Source: Tubulanus polymorphus | Taxonomy: Eukaryota; Animalia; Nemertea | Direction of reading: 5' to 3' | NCBI RefSeq assembly: GCF_964204645.1 | Contig: NC_134030.1 | Span: forward strand, 19,118,210-19,182,209 | Length of the DNA: 64,000 bases | Part shown: one piece after another, positions 1 through 13,957 of the stretch | Numbering within the stretch: position 1 is the first letter of the stretch | Layout of the letters: every line of letters begins with the position of its first letter | Notes under the pieces: model-generated | The model's input: the letters and a program-made list of their open reading frames with translations, nothing else | Told to the model about the DNA's origin: nothing | The model's database searches: none | Translations under genes and position numbers: made by a program

Positions 1-696
1 CTACGAATCTCGGCCAATCACATGCTTCGTTAGTCAACGTACGCATGCGCATTCGGCGTATCGCTTCGAGTATGCGCAACGAAGCGTGTTGATGGCGGTC
101 TCTGATGGGGTTCATTTATCAAACGGGTCCAATACGTTTGTTTAACGTCTAAATGGACGTATGATCATTGACGCGTAATACTCTGTATCCCTCAGCGCGT
201 AAACGCATCGCAGCTGCGATTCTGTTTTGTTTCAGTAGCTCAGCAGTGAAAATAAAATCTCTGACCCCGTTCAGTCGTTTGCCGGTTCGATTTGCTGGTT
301 GGAAGATTGTTTACACGGACCGGAACCGAAATTTCAAATTGTGCACTTTGATTCCATACGATATTATGTAATAGACTCGACCGACCATCCAAAGGTACAG
401 AAGTTTATAGGTGAAAATATCGAGCAAAGGATAGCAGAGTTATCACGATTGATAAGACACTATAACCGGATTGAGATGATAATGTTGATAGAATCCCACA
501 GTAATAACGAAAAACAGTCCGTAAAAATGTAACTGGAGCTAGTGTAGTTGATTCAACGTTATTGTGCCGAGTTAATTGATATTCAATCAAAACTTATGTT
601 TCAATAAAACAGCGAGAGTCTCCGCGATATTTGGGACCTCGAGGGACCGCCAAAACAAGGCGCCTATAACGTGGAAACTTGTCGATTATAGAACGA

Positions 697-905
697 TAAC
701 CACCCACGAACGTGGTGAACGGATAATGAGATAAAACCCACTATTTACAAATTGAAAGAATTTAAAAACAAGAATTTATTTATGACCTGACGATGATCTC
801 TAGGGTGAGATCGAAACGTCGTGTATTTTATATATTTTAGATTGAATAAATAAATTCTTGTTTTTAAATTCTTTTCATCTGTAGATAGTGGGTTTTTATC
901 TTATT
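697..905. mobile_element. Non-coding foldback element carrying a hammerhead motif (Penelope-like derivative), family 1
   Basis: Inverted arms at ~727-781 and ~846-905 (ataaaacccactat..aagaatttattt / aaataaattctt..atagtgggtttttat) enclose a hammerhead core. Related copies at 13958-14150 and 17680-17812. Confidence 0.7.
785..822 (+). ncRNA. Minimal type I hammerhead ribozyme motif
   Basis: CTGACGA 787-793, T, stem II GATCTC/GAGATC (795-800/807-812), GAAA 813-816, CGTC. Predicted GUC cleavage after 820. Stem I is only ~2 bp. Confidence 0.7.
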
Positions 906-1069
906 TGTCGATTATATGGGGGTTATACTCTGGTTTCCAGTTCGATATCATTTCATGGGTTTTTTCTTACATATGCGGGGTTTTATACCACATATACTGT
1001 GACTAGGCTTCACTTTCATCTATCATTATTTCATTATTTATAATTTTGAGTAATCATTTGAGTACTCCG

Positions 1070-1073
<4 letters not shown>

Positions 1074-1105
<32 letters not shown>
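1074..1105. repeat. (TA)n microsatellite
   Basis: Directly visible. Confidence 0.95.
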
Positions 1106-1108
<3 letters not shown>

Positions 1109-1477
1109 AAAACCTCTTTTTTACGACAGTGCCCGTTGTTTGTGAGCGTGAATGCCACGCTTCTCCAGTCGCCTTAGTGACGACGGGCGGCGCATCGCCG
1201 CATTTACGGGAATTAGCCAAACGCGATAATTGATTAATTACCAAGTTAATTAGCGCGACTGCGAACGACAAACTTTGGCCACCGGGAGAATGATTAATGG
1301 ATCAGAACCGGCGGAAAAACACAGCGCGACTCACATCTGGTCTTAGCCGCGAAATTCTCGTTCAGACATGAGTACATGTTATGCACGTCAGAATATTAAA
1401 GTTCATTTTACCAACGATTAGGCTATGAATCTTTCAAAAACACATCCATTTTATACTAATCACTCTCCAATCTCCAG

Positions 1478-1587
1478 GAGCCAGTTCCATAGTTGCGAGT
1501 TAGAGTTAACCCTGAGTTTAAAAGTTAGTGTATTTTCGATGAGTTAATTCGGAGTTAAATCTGAACTCGGAACTGTTGAACTGGACC
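1478..1587. mobile_element. MITE family B (PIF/Harbinger-like, CAG target duplication)
   Basis: TIRs gagccagttcc / gaactggacc, flanked by CAG on both sides. Same internal sequence as 30732-30839 and 31440-31541. A partial local duplication including the right flank lies at ~1645-1750. Confidence 0.8.
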
Positions 1588-3050
1588 CAGCAGATCATTT
1601 CTACCGAACTACATAGTTAAGTGGTGCTGCCTACGTACAAACATGAGTTAGAGTTAACCCTGAGGTTAAGTTAGTTCATTTTCGATGAGTTAATTTGGAT
1701 TGAACTCGGAACTGTGGAACTGGACCCGGCAGATCATTTCTATCGTATCTACATAATATAACTACATATATAAGTAATGCTGTGATTTTCCTGTAATCAT
1801 ATTACGCGAAAAACGCACTAATTTCATATTAATACGTCACTGGGCATTAGGAGAAGGTCGCAAATTCGTATCGATGCGGATATTATTTAACAAACCATGT
1901 TCGTAGGTGACTGAAATCAGTTCTGTTCAAAAACAAACAACTACGCAATATCAACGGTTTATTTGACTTCAAAATTAAAGGAGGCCCGTGTTTTAAAGGG
2001 TGCAACTAAGAGCGTGTGAAACTCGTCACTGTTTTTGCCAAACTTGGAACCGATGCAAATATTTTACAGGCCCAGTTAGTAGGTGTTAAAACCAGTTCTG
2101 TTAAAACCATGTTTTAAGGGTGAAACTAAGAGTATTTGAAAGCCGTCAGGTCTGCGGTCATAGTTTGCAAGGATGCGAATATTCTTCAGACCGAGTTCAA
2201 CGTAGTTGATTACAAAATCAGTTACGTGTCCAAATGCAGTAACATCGGTTCAGTCTTGGCTGACAATCAATCTTAGCACGACAAAACCGAGTTTTTGATG
2301 TTTTAACGCAACCAACCGATAAGGCTGGCTCCGAATATACGCAAATCACGAATTCGGAGTCACCCTTTCTCTATCATAGCCAAAGATTGTCCACGGCGAG
2401 AACAAACGGATTTTGTTCTGCTCGCTGTCGCGTTCAGATATTACGCGTACAGCGTCCGATGAAGTTTGGTCGAGCCCCGCTGCGGGACTGCAGCATTTTC
2501 GTTACATCAATATACATAAACGACCGCTAGGGGTTAACGTAAGGGGTAATGTCGTTTATATAAATCTGTACAACGAGCGTATAACAGCCCGGGGGGTTCG
2601 CCGTGATGAAATTACTACACGGCCCCCTGCGGCCGGGATTCGGCTAATTGCAATGAGCACTTTGACGGCGCTTAACCGCGGCAAAAATGTGTCCGCGCAA
2701 ATCGCCAGAGATTTGTTTTTTTCATCCTAATTTCGCCGTGAGAGGAATAGTAGCTAATGTATTGAGTGCTGCTGACCACTACGCGATTCGTTCAATGACT
2801 GCGGTATTATTGTGTATTATTAATCCACGATCACGTTCGGAATAAAACGAGTTTGAATCGGCGCGCACGAGTGCCGCCAACTTAAGAGAGAGAAATGAGA
2901 AATGAGAAATGAGGCAAGGGTTTGTTTAGTATCTGTAGCTATAGAGTAATAAGATTCGGTTTAAATTTAAAAAAAACGAAGGTATCAACGATTACGTATC
3001 AACACTAGTAGAGTTAGACGAGAAGATACACAATATCCGTGTATGAAGAT

Positions 3051-3283
3051 GATGAGAGAAATCCCAAAATAACAAAGCCAAGATTGAAAAATCCTATATC
3101 AGAATGATTATATTTAAGGAGCGACGTTTCGGCTAACAACTGTTAGCCATCATCAGGCGTACTGGTGATGAGTACGCCTGATGATGGCTAACAGTTGTTA
3201 GCCGAAACGTCGCTCCTCAAATACAATCATTCTGACATAGAAGTTTTCAATCTTGGCTTTGTTATTGTGGGATTTCTCTCGTC
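3051..3283. mobile_element. Near-perfect ~233-bp palindromic element with two opposed hammerhead motifs, family 2
   Basis: Arms of ~113 bp around a ~7-nt loop near 3167. A 12-bp direct repeat actagtagagtt lies at ~3004-3015 and 3285-3296. Confidence 0.8.
3176..3213 (+). ncRNA. Minimal hammerhead ribozyme motif (mirror copy on - strand at 3121-3158)
   Basis: CTGATGA 3178-3184, T, stem II GGCTAAC/GTTAGCC, GAAA 3204-3207, CGTC. Predicted cleavage after 3211. Confidence 0.75.
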
Positions 3284-5199
3284 GACTAGTAGAGTTCAAA
3301 GTCTGACAAATGTGATTATTTACACTGAAATAAATGAAGAAATCCCACACTTCGAAATCCCACACTGGGATGTCTTCATTTATCTAAAGTATACACGGAT
3401 TATAGTGTTCATTCGACAACTTACTATTTACACTTAGTTTGGGAAATCACACCGGCTTTAGAAACTGCATTATTACCTGTCGTATTTCCGAGGAGATAAC
3501 TATAAGGATATTATCGAAAAACGCTGAATGAACTACTAACTCTATGAAACATTATTCGGACTTAATTTTTTCATTCGAAACGCGTAATTTTCTTGATATT
3601 GTCGTCGCAGCAATTAGACAGGATAAGAGGGAGATTTTATGCTGTCAATTCTTAATTTTCTCAGGACTTAAGCTAAACAATTGGTCCTATTCTTTACATA
3701 TTATCTGAGAAAGTATCAACGCATTTGGGAACGCGTTTCTTAGAGTATCTTATCAATTTTATAGAACCCAAGTTGAGACTGGTTTCATAGATTTGAAATT
3801 CCACGTAGTTTTTAAAAAGGTCAGATTCGAGTTTATTTGACTCCGGTCCCGGATCGCATAGCTCTGCCTAGAAAGGCTAAAGTCTTTACGGTTAACCATC
3901 GCTGGTCTCTTGGCAAACCAAAGTTCATAGGTTTGAATCATGGCGGAGGCAGAATTCTTCCTTGATCCAGGAAAAAGTAAGTCAAAAACCGCTGCATTTT
4001 CTTCCAACGCTAAAATGATCCATTTTTAATCTCAAACGGCCGGGTCACTTTTATAAACTGCAATTAAATTTGTAATCAGTTTATTTGTCAGCTCGATCAT
4101 GATACGAAAAAAAGGCGACCGGGCGGGTTAACTTTCAAGCTCAGCAGAGATGAGAAACAATGTATCAATTTTTAACCTAATCCGATCTAAGTTGTCCGAT
4201 AAATAGTTGCTGTTAGGTTGGTCAAACACGCGATCTTCGACTGTGTTAGTTACCGAGGACGGCTCTGCTGGTTCTTTTGATATCGACGCTTTTTGCGCCT
4301 CGGCAAAAACGAAGGCGACATTTCTTGTTATCTATTGAATTGAACGGCGCCGATGACGATGTAGCGGTAATGCCTAAAACACGGATACTCAACACGAGTG
4401 GTTTTGAAGTGTATGTCGGCAATTAGTTATTGTGATTTGTGCAGCATTACGTGTCTTACTAACGGTTTAAAGGGACACGCGCGTCACGACTAAGTTATCG
4501 TATCACAACTCGGTTTTCAGTAAGTGAAGCAGTGGTCAGGCTGCTAAAAATAGCCAGTCAAAATAAAGATCTTCAACCTTGTAATATTTCCAAAATCTTT
4601 ACGTATCAAATTAGGCAAAAAAATCAACAACAAAAATACATATATTTATACTTGTCATTTCTTTTCTAGAAACTGATAAATCTTCAAGTTAGTTTCGTTG
4701 TTTTACTGTTGCTGTAGTCGCACGCTAGGCGGCCGGGTACCGCGAGAACACGATTTCCATCGGCGAATAGACGAAGTTGCCGGATTTCGTTATTAAGTAG
4801 CTCAATTATCTGAAGTGTCTCGAGAGATGAAGAAGTTTTCAGTAACAATCTCCACTTACAGCAATAAAGGAAATATACATCATGGCGGTTTATTGTGTAG
4901 TTTCTGCCCGGTGACAATGGCAAAGTAATTCCAGCAGGCGCGATCAGATTTCTAACGAGTTCTTATCGCGATTCGGTGCCATCATTTATAAGAAGAGGCG
5001 ATTGAGGTTTTTTTCCTCGTCGATTTTCTTGGTTTACTTTGGTTTTTTGTCGTCATCATCCAAACCACTGTATACGATAAGACTGTTTGCTAGATGACAT
5101 CCAGTCATTACCGCAGTGGCCCGGTAAGAACGCAGAAGACCTATAGGCTGGACGTCAATGTGTTGACCTGCAGGAAGTGTAGATATGGCCGCAATAGCC

Positions 5200-5400
5200 T
5201 TGTGTTACTGCACGCTAGATAGGTTGTTGGGTTAAGTTGGTGGCACGTTCACGCATGGGCCTGAGAGACAGCCAACTAGAAAGTTATTGGAGAAAGTTGA
5301 AGGGTCGTCCTGATGGAAGGGCACTGTGTATGACCTAACGTCCATGAATTATGTCCAGGATCTAGGGAAAGTTGGTTGGGCGTCCATAATGTATACTTGT
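5200..5400 (+). pseudogene. Degenerate RTE-like LINE C-terminal fragment
   Basis: Frameshifted pieces read LSWWHV / RMG / PERQPTRKLLEKVEG / RPDGR, resembling the RLRW.GHV.RM...R.P...G.RP.GRP tail of RTE-clade ORFs. Confidence 0.4.
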
Positions 5401-5534
5401 TAGTGAAATGGCAGCCTTTGCGAATTCTAGCGTCCTGTTACTGAAGTGATCCCTGGTTAGGATCGATGTTACCCCTTGTACGTGATTGGATGCGCCCTTG
5501 AAATCGAACGCTGGTATGCAAATAGTGAATCGAG

Positions 5535-5700
5535 TGACCCCTGGTAAGCGATGTTGAGTAACCACTGGTAAGCAATGTTAAATAACCCTTGGTAAGCGCT
5601 GCTGAATGTCCCCTGCTAAGCGATGGAAAGTAACCCCTGGTAAGTGATGTTGAGCAACGCGAAATAAACCCCCCCGGTAAGCGAGCATCGAGTGAGAGTA
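5535..5700. repeat. Degenerate ~22-bp minisatellite (ccctggtaagcgatgttgagtaa)
   Basis: About 6 recurrences of the ccc(t)ggtaagcg motif. Confidence 0.7.
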
Positions 5701-6119
5701 ATGCGATACTCCCAGCAATAAACATTATTCCTAGATTAATAACCCGTACAGATGTTCCATCAATGCCGTTACCAGTGACCACTAGTGACCAACGATGCGT
5801 CACGTGATCTAATCAACTGGACACTACATTCGCGTAATGGCGGAATCACGTGGCCACGTATCGGATGCGGATTATGTATAAAGAAAGGTTATTATTTTAC
5901 CAGAACTTTTTGATCGAACGTCGCCAGTAATTTGTATCGGATTGCAATCTGATAGTGCTCGCTTCTCCCTTGCACATTTTTTCTCTTATTTATGACTCAC
6001 GCTGAATTGAGTGAGCCTGAAAGTCGCGGATAGACTATACGCAATTAGAAAAATTGTTTTAACTGCCACATAATTAATTTCTCTAGAGTCAGTTTCATGG
6101 AGCAGTTTCTCCTTACTTT

Positions 6120-6645
6120 AACCCTGCTCTGGCTGGCTTTGAGACCAACTCCAACTCTTCAGGGCTGATTTTATAAACGTTACCCCCCTATAACTCCAAC
6201 CCTACAGGGGCTAATTCTTTAAAAGACCAGTTTAAAAACCTAAAACCCCACAGGGGCTGGTTTTATAGGCCAGCTTAAACTTGAAAGTCCTGCATGGCTG
6301 GTTTTTAAGACCAGTTTCAACCTGGGTGCCAAAGGCCGGCTGGTTTTTAGATCAGTTTCAACTTTTACCCGTAGTGACTTGTTCAATTTCAACTTGAAAC
6401 CTTCATAGGCTGGTTTCATGGATAAGCTTATACTTAAGAATCCTGTAGGGGTCGGTGTTAAAGACCACTTTCAACTTGAGTCCAGCAGGCTGGCTGGTTT
6501 TTCTGACCAGTTTTAAATTTCCCTTTGCGGGGACTAGTTTCATAAACCAATCTCAACTTAAACCCTCGAGAGGCTTGTTTTAAGGACTAGTTTTAACTTG
6601 AAACATGAAAGAACTGAATTCTAGACCAGTTTTACCCTTAACCCA
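6120..6645. repeat. Degenerate ~40-bp tandem repeat (gggctggttt..agaccagtttcaactt)
   Basis: About 12 recurrences. Confidence 0.7.
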
Positions 6646-7649
6646 GGCCGATTTTATTTGCTCACCGGTCTTCCGACTGAAATGTCGGTTCCAAGAAAGA
6701 AAAAATCGACCGTACGAATCTAAGAGCAGACTCGCCGGAAGATGCTAAACCGACCAATGGGTTATCGGTTCAAGTCGTTAGTTACAAACAGTCAGAACTT
6801 TTCTATGTTGACCAGTACTCAGAGCATTAACGCGACCACGACAGTGAACTGGTTACAAAAACCATAGACTTCACCATGAATGATTTATAAAATCACTCAT
6901 CCGTTCTGGCGTATGATGATATCAGGGACATTAGCCGGTGAATGGCAAGTATTGACCGGGCGGGGTGCAGCGCCGGGGGCACTGTTCCGTAAATATCACC
7001 TTACACTCGCGCGGCGCGCATCGAAAACCAGCCGGTCATAAAACACTGATTCATAGTCGAATAGGCCGACGAAACGACGTTAGTCTTTTTTCCGTCGGTT
7101 CCGATATCGACGCTCGTCAATTCGAATCGCAATACAATCCGCTGGCGATCTGAACACAATCAGCATCACAATAGTTCCCGCTGACCGGACGCGCTCAGAC
7201 ATCTCTGCCCGAATACGCAAACAACGCCATCCATCATTCGAGCGCTCGAAACACGCGTATACAAATGACGTCATACGTAACGTTAAGGGTCAACGTAAAC
7301 GTCGTAATTCTTGTTTAAAGCGCGTTTAAACGGTCGTTAGCGGGACGGACCTCGCGAGATTGCAAGGATAGAACTGTCAATTGTGAAATTGATGTATAGA
7401 TCGTCGCACCGTGAACCCGACGGAATATTTCTTTTTTCCTTTTATTCCTGATGGCCGGTCACTTTGGATGAGTTTTAGCGATGAATTTGTCATTTGCATA
7501 CGACATTTTCTCGGTAAATATAAGATATGGGATACTGTCCAGATATTCTGATGGTAATGTTACAGTTATGCAATATGTTCATCATTAATAGAAACCGAAG
7601 AATAATGGATATATCTTATTTGAATCTGAGATGTATTCCGGTCGGGATG

Positions 7650-8120
7650 TCCGCGATTACCACAGTAGTCGGTGTCCACTTGCGCACTGGCGACACCTTG
7701 CGGATCATCCCTTGCCACGAATGAAATTATGGATTGCTACTGTAGTTGATGTCCTACTGCTCACGAGCGACACCTGGTGGATCCTCGCTTACCACTGGTG
7801 ATATTCTTGTTTGCTACAGTATTTGATCAACTAATGTGCACTGTAGTGACACCCTGTGAATCCAAACTCACCAAAAGTGAAATTTTCGATCGATACAGTA
7901 GTTTATTTCCTACAACACACTAGCGACACCTGGTGGATCCTGACTTGTCACTAGTGGAATGCTCAATTGCTAGAGTATTTGATCAGCTACTTTGCACTAG
8001 CGACCTTGTGGATCCACACTTGCCACAAGTGGAATCCTCGATTGCCACAGCAGTCGATGCCCCACTGTTCACAAGCGACAACTGGTGGATCCTCGCTTGC
8101 CACAAGGAGGTTCCATGATT
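7650..8120 (-). repeat. ~76-bp degenerate tandem repeat containing a CTCF-like motif
   Basis: Recurring tagcgacacctggtggatcc. Same family at 34300-34810 (opposite orientation) and 59335-59745. Confidence 0.85.
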
Positions 8121-9569
8121 TCCACGAACGCCGTCTCCTCATATCGCGCAAGATGATTCTAATAATCTAGCGTGTTATTTCACTTGGTTGCGGCTTCGTG
8201 GTTTTAGCCGTCGGGCTGAAAGCCGCCGCGCGCGTTTCATGTATCTCTTCTCTGCGAACAAACACGGGCGATATGTCGACATCGGTTACACAATCGCTCG
8301 GCGTCCGTCGTCGTTTCGTCGAAGCGACGGTTTCTTTCATCTACACAGCGCGCCGGGTATTCGGCGCCGTATCGCTCATGCGGTCGGCTGGGTTTGTTAG
8401 GAGACCTCCGCGGCCAATAACTAGATGAATTCGTCGGTAACTCGATGGATGATTCTTCGAAGTCTCCCGATATTTACTGACTTCAAATAAAAGTTTGATG
8501 TCGAGGATGGGGGCTGCTGTTTGACGTTGAAAAGCGCTGATTGGCTCCGGACTTATCTACAGCGCCCCTATTGGCTGATTTGATCGGTGATCGATTTGAA
8601 TATTACCGTAAACAAACAGCGTAACCTATAGGCTTAACATCACAGATAATTGATTGGCTATAAACGTCTTTAATGTGCCTATTGGTGGTGTAGGCGACAC
8701 ATTTGAAATTTGAATTCAACCGTCAAGATCCAAGACGTATGAATAACAACATTAACCATAGGTTGAACTTTTCACTTTAAGTTGGATGAAAGTAATCGTC
8801 AAAATACCGTGTAAATACGTTTAAAAGCTTACTATTTCAGCTCAAAACTGTATAAATTTATGATTTAAAACCGAAAATCTAAAAATGTTAATCTATTAAC
8901 CTTTCACTATCATGATGCATCGCTGGCATTTTCAAATAATAGACCTAATCTTTTTGCGATCTTAAATATGTTTATAGTGGGCTGTTTTGATTATATTCAG
9001 CACGTGTAGGGTGCCCATTCTACTGCGCTACAAAGGTGACTAAGAGTGTAAAATTCGACAAATTTTGACTCCGAGCTAATTCGTTCGGTTCCGCGCTCTT
9101 TTTTTCGGAATTGCGAATTCAAAATTTGAATATAACCGTCATTCAAACCGCCAACACGACGTCGCGTTCTACCTCATTCCTTAACCGACTATTTCAATGC
9201 GTGATCACGGACTACCGTCAGAGATCAAATCCGGTTTAACATTCTCATGAATCTAAAAGCGAATTCTCTGAAGAAAAGTTCGACCAATAACCATTTACCG
9301 TAAGCATTTATGAATCGAGAGCGATTAAGAATTGCAGGGGCAGTCAGCCAGCCTCGTGGGGCGGCGGAGTTGTCCCACGAATGAAAGTGATATTTTTGTG
9401 AAAGCAGCCTGTGGCAGGCGAGTGTTTGTTAGCGGATATTACGTCGCGTGTAGCGCAGTTGTTTATTCGCCGCGTTTGTACACATCATTACACCAATGAG
9501 TAAATTGGCTACTGATCAATCGGCTACACCGGAACTATTTCTTATTTTCTATCCCTAGACTCGAGAGTT

Positions 9570-10560
9570 TAATTAAACCCACACAACTGTGTGGAACTGG
9601 ATCCACGGTCAAAATAAACCCACACAACTGTAAACCAGGATCCAGGGTCAAATTAAATCCCCATAAAACTGTGGAACTAGCTTCAAATTCCAATAAAACC
9701 CTAACAACTATGAAATACTACAAAACTGTGGAACTGGGTTTACAGCCAAAAATGGTGGACTGGACCGTTTTCAAATTAAAGTTATGCGACTACGGAACTG
9801 AATCCACATGGCCAGTTTTACAGAAATGATTGATTTAGAAATCGGTTTGAGATGAACTGAAGGAAGACAAAAGGCTATATATAGGAGATAATCCTTTTTT
9901 GTGAAACTGGACCGAGAGTTCTGAAACAATCTGAACAAGTTGCCAGTGATCCGTTTTTGCGGAACTGACTTCGTAGTCGATTATTATAGTCAACATAGCT
10001 TTGAAAATCGATTCAGAGTGAAATTGAAATCATACATCTGTGGATCTGAGTCCAGAGTCAATTACAACCCACACAACTGTGGAACTAGATCCAGAAGTAT
10101 TTTAAACTGCACAATTGTGGATCTGAGTCCAGAGTCAATTGCAACCCACACAACTGTGGAACTAGATCCAGAAGCATTTTAAACCGAACAATTGTGGATC
10201 TGAGTCCAGAGTCAATTACAACCCACACAACTGTGGAACTAGATCCAGAAGCATTTTAAACCACACAATTGTGGATCTGAGTCCAGAGTCAATTACAACC
10301 CACACAACTGTGGAACTAGATCCAGAAGCATTTTAAATTACACAATTGTGGATCTGAGTCCAGAGTCAATTACAACCCACACAACAGTGGAATTAGATCC
10401 AGAAGCCTTTTAAACCACACAATTGTGGATCTGAGTTCAGAGTCAATTACAACCCACACAACTGTGGAACTAGATCCAGAAGCATTTTAAACTAAACAAT
10501 TGTGGAAATGAGTCCGAAGTCAATTACAACCCACACAACTGTGGAATTGGGTTCGAAGTC
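9570..10560. repeat. Satellite of ~38-bp subunits (77-bp dimer, ~7 homogeneous copies at 10039-10560) related to the MITE B terminus
   Basis: Unit tgtggatctgagtccagagtcaattacaacccacacaactgtggaactagatccagaagcattttaaaccacacaat. Interrupted by a family C MITE at ~9810-9913. Confidence 0.9.
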
Positions 10561-12199
10561 GATTTGAACATACGCGAGTGTGAAACTGAGTTCATCGTCT
10601 TGAAACAATCGGAACCAGTTATGAGTGACGCGTTCTCCGCTATTTTCAATAAAGATCTATTGTCACCGAGTGACGCGCCCGTGTGCGAGCGAGTGAGAGG
10701 GGTTGAAACCGATCGCTATCGCGTAATACACGATCCGATACGAGTCGGAAATTGTGACCAATTTATTGCGCTGTCACTTTGAAAGTCTCGGGCGCTATAG
10801 TGTCGCTATAATTGGATTTATAGATCATGATCGGGCTCTGGTGAAGATTATGTTTCGAAGTCAGGAAATAAAGCCTACGTCAAAACGTCCATTTTCTGTC
10901 TGGTCGAACTTATATCCCGTCAAACTAGAAATAATCCGCGATCGTAGTCGCGAGATATGAGCAAAATGCAAGGTTTAAAATCACCAATTATTGGCTTGTT
11001 GTAAGATTTGGTTTTGCTTTCCCGATTTAGCAGTAAATTGCGTCGTGTATCTTTGCATTGCAGAGCTGCATCGAAAAGAGCCTATTTGAACATAATTGGA
11101 AATTCGAACCGTTAAATTATATTTAGCACGTGTCACAGAATGGCTATTCCCGAAGTGAATATTTCGAAAATAACTCCGGCCAATGGATATTGAAATATTT
11201 TAAAATCGGTGAATAATGTAGTAAAAAAGTTTATTGATGAACCTGCTTTGAAAATCAGTGGATCCTCCTGAAATATATTGACAACGACAAACATGTAATC
11301 GTCGTATTTTTTGTTACTTGCGTTTTATTACAAGTACCATGTTTATAAGGGTTTGCGTGCCGAGTGACTATTTACATATAAACAAGAAGTCTTGAAAGTT
11401 TTTTAAGTCATTTTGTTCCGAATTTTTACGGATTTTGAAGTTCAATTAACCTTACGAAGTTAGCGCAAAACTCTCTTTCATAATTCTAAAAAAAATAAAT
11501 GACAGAGAAAAATTTAATTCTACACTCAAACGAAGAAGATAAAACAAAAAATTGCCCGAAAGGTCTTATTTGGTTAATAATCTATTTTTGACGTTACGAT
11601 AACTCTAATTAGTATTTTCAAGGAACACGTATGTGTTCGTACAGATGTATAGAGTATTTTCATGTACGTATATATCATATATGTGTATATTTACATTCTA
11701 AGGATGTTGTCAAAATGCTGAAATTAAACACAGCTTAAAGGAAACATTTCGAAGCTTCGTTTTTCTCGGATTTGCGATTTCTTTACCATCGTTAGAACAA
11801 ACATGGCATACATGTTTCGCCCAAGAGTTTAGAACAACATCACGCAGGTACCGAATTCTGAAATCACTCAAATTCACTCGATTTTCAAAACTCATATTAG
11901 TAATTCTTCGCGGTAGTCTTGAACAACACGACCGAAATAGATCGACCCGAATTGGTAAAACAATTATCCAAACGCTTAACGGGGGAAAAATTTGTCGGAA
12001 TTTAATCGGTGAAATGCGGATATTTTTAGCGGCAATCTAACGACCGCGATTGCTTTATCGAAAACCAACAAAACGACGTCCGGTCTAAAATTCAATATTG
12101 AGTGAAGAATATATTCTTTGATGAAATGAGTTTCTAACGTGCAGCATGGATCCTTGAAACCTTTTATCAATTCACTGTCAAACGCAGTGTCAGGCTCCT

Positions 12200-13105
12200 G
12201 TACACAAGTGAAGGTTGGACGATTAGATTTTGAAAGTGTGCTGATAAAATGTCTAATGTCTGGTGTTTTTAGTTCATTTTCAATTAGAAATGTCTCAGGT
12301 GAAGTACTGAACACATGTGACGTGTGGACGATCAGTTTTTGAAGATGCTCTGATAAAATGTATAATATCTGGTGTTTGTAGTTCATTTTCAATTAAAAAT
12401 GTCTCAGGTGAAGTACTGAACACATGTGACGTGTGGACGATCAGTTTTTGAAGATGCTCTGATAAAATGTATAATATCTGGTGTTTGTAGTTCATTTTCA
12501 ATTAAAAATGTCTCAGGTGAAGTACTGAACACATGTGACGTGTGGACGATCAGTTTTTTTAAAGTGGGCTGATAAAATGTCTAATGTCTGGTGTTTTTAG
12601 TTCATTTTCAATTAGAAATGTCTCAGGTGAAGTACTGAACACATGTGACGTGTGGACGATCAGTTTTTGAAGATGCTCTGATAAAATGTATAATATCTGG
12701 TGTTTGTAGTTCATTTTCAATTAAAAATGTCTCAGGTGAAGTACTGAACACATGTGACGTGTGGACGATCAGTTTTTTTAAAGTGGGCTGATAAAATGTC
12801 TAATGTCTGGTGTTTTTAGTTCATTTTCAATTAGAAATGTCTCAGGTGAAGTACTGAACACATGTGACGTGTGGACGATCAGTTTTTGAAGATGCTCTGA
12901 TAAAATGTATAATATCTGGTGTTTGTAGTTCATTTTCAATTAAAAATGTCTCAGGTGAAGCACTGAACACATGTGAACTGTGGACGATCAGTTTTTGAAA
13001 GTGTGCTGATAAAATGTCTAATGTCTGGTGTTTGTAGTTCATTTTCAATTAAAAATGTCTCAGGTGAAGCACTGAACACATGTGACGAATGGACGATTAG
13101 AAATG
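12200..13105. repeat. 109-bp tandem satellite, ~8 copies
   Basis: tgtctcaggtgaagtactgaacacatgtg recurs at 12291, 12400, 12509, 12619 and onward. Confidence 0.95.
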
Positions 13106-13957
13106 TGGTAATGACGAAATGTCCGAAGGGCGTGACAATTCAAACAAAAGGTACATAATATTTTCATCAGAAGCACGCGCGTCTAGCTACAGATTTCTAT
13201 ATTTGCCTCTAAGTCTTCAAGACTTGAACAATACGGCTGCGCATAAATCCGACACGTTAATATCCTCGTTCTGAAATTTCCTCGTCGAAACCTATTATCA
13301 TGTGACATCTTATGATTCATAGATTTCAAATGGATTAGTCGACGACTTCGCCGGAGACGAAATGAAACCGCTCAATCCGAGTGCGCCATTTTCATCTTCG
13401 ATTCGTTAACCGGGCCCGGGCGGAAGTGACGTCTGCGACGCGATCGCGCGACGATGATAAATCACACACGTCGTGTCGTAACCGTAAAAATTACCCGGCG
13501 CGCAACCGCAATTTCGTTTTTACGCAAACCAGATGTTACCCGGCAGTCGGTGCCGCGTCGTCAAATATTTGAAAATATCAACTCGTTTTGAGATGCGGAT
13601 AGGTCATATTTCACATTCGTATCGAGGGCGAAATCGAAATGTTTGACAGCTCAAATATTGGGATAGTCGTGCGGAGTCGCTTAGCGTGAAAGAGTTATTA
13701 CCGCGCGCGATTGAGTTGTAATTTTCTCCGAGCGCCGATAAGGAAACATTTGAAATTCGCTGCCTGGAGAATTAGCCGTATTTTACACAACTATTAAGAT
13801 TCGTAAAGCGGTTGTAAACTGCTTGTATCGATTAGACATGCTTTTTCTTCGATTATCTATAAATCATGTTTTTTTCGGATTTGAAGTAGTTTGATGAACA
13901 TATATTTGTAAATGAAAATATGAATAATTCAGCCATACATTACCCATAGTAGAACCA

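Noticed and set aside
10039-10560. CRISPR-like regular repeats (also 23680-24465 and 38441-38699)
   Set aside because: No unique spacers, no cas genes, and a eukaryotic context. These are plain tandem repeats.
11976-13158. Repeated ORFs MKMNYKHQ... (also at 18.4, 28.1 and 51.3 kb)
   Set aside because: Translations of the 109-bp satellite. The unit length is not a multiple of 3.
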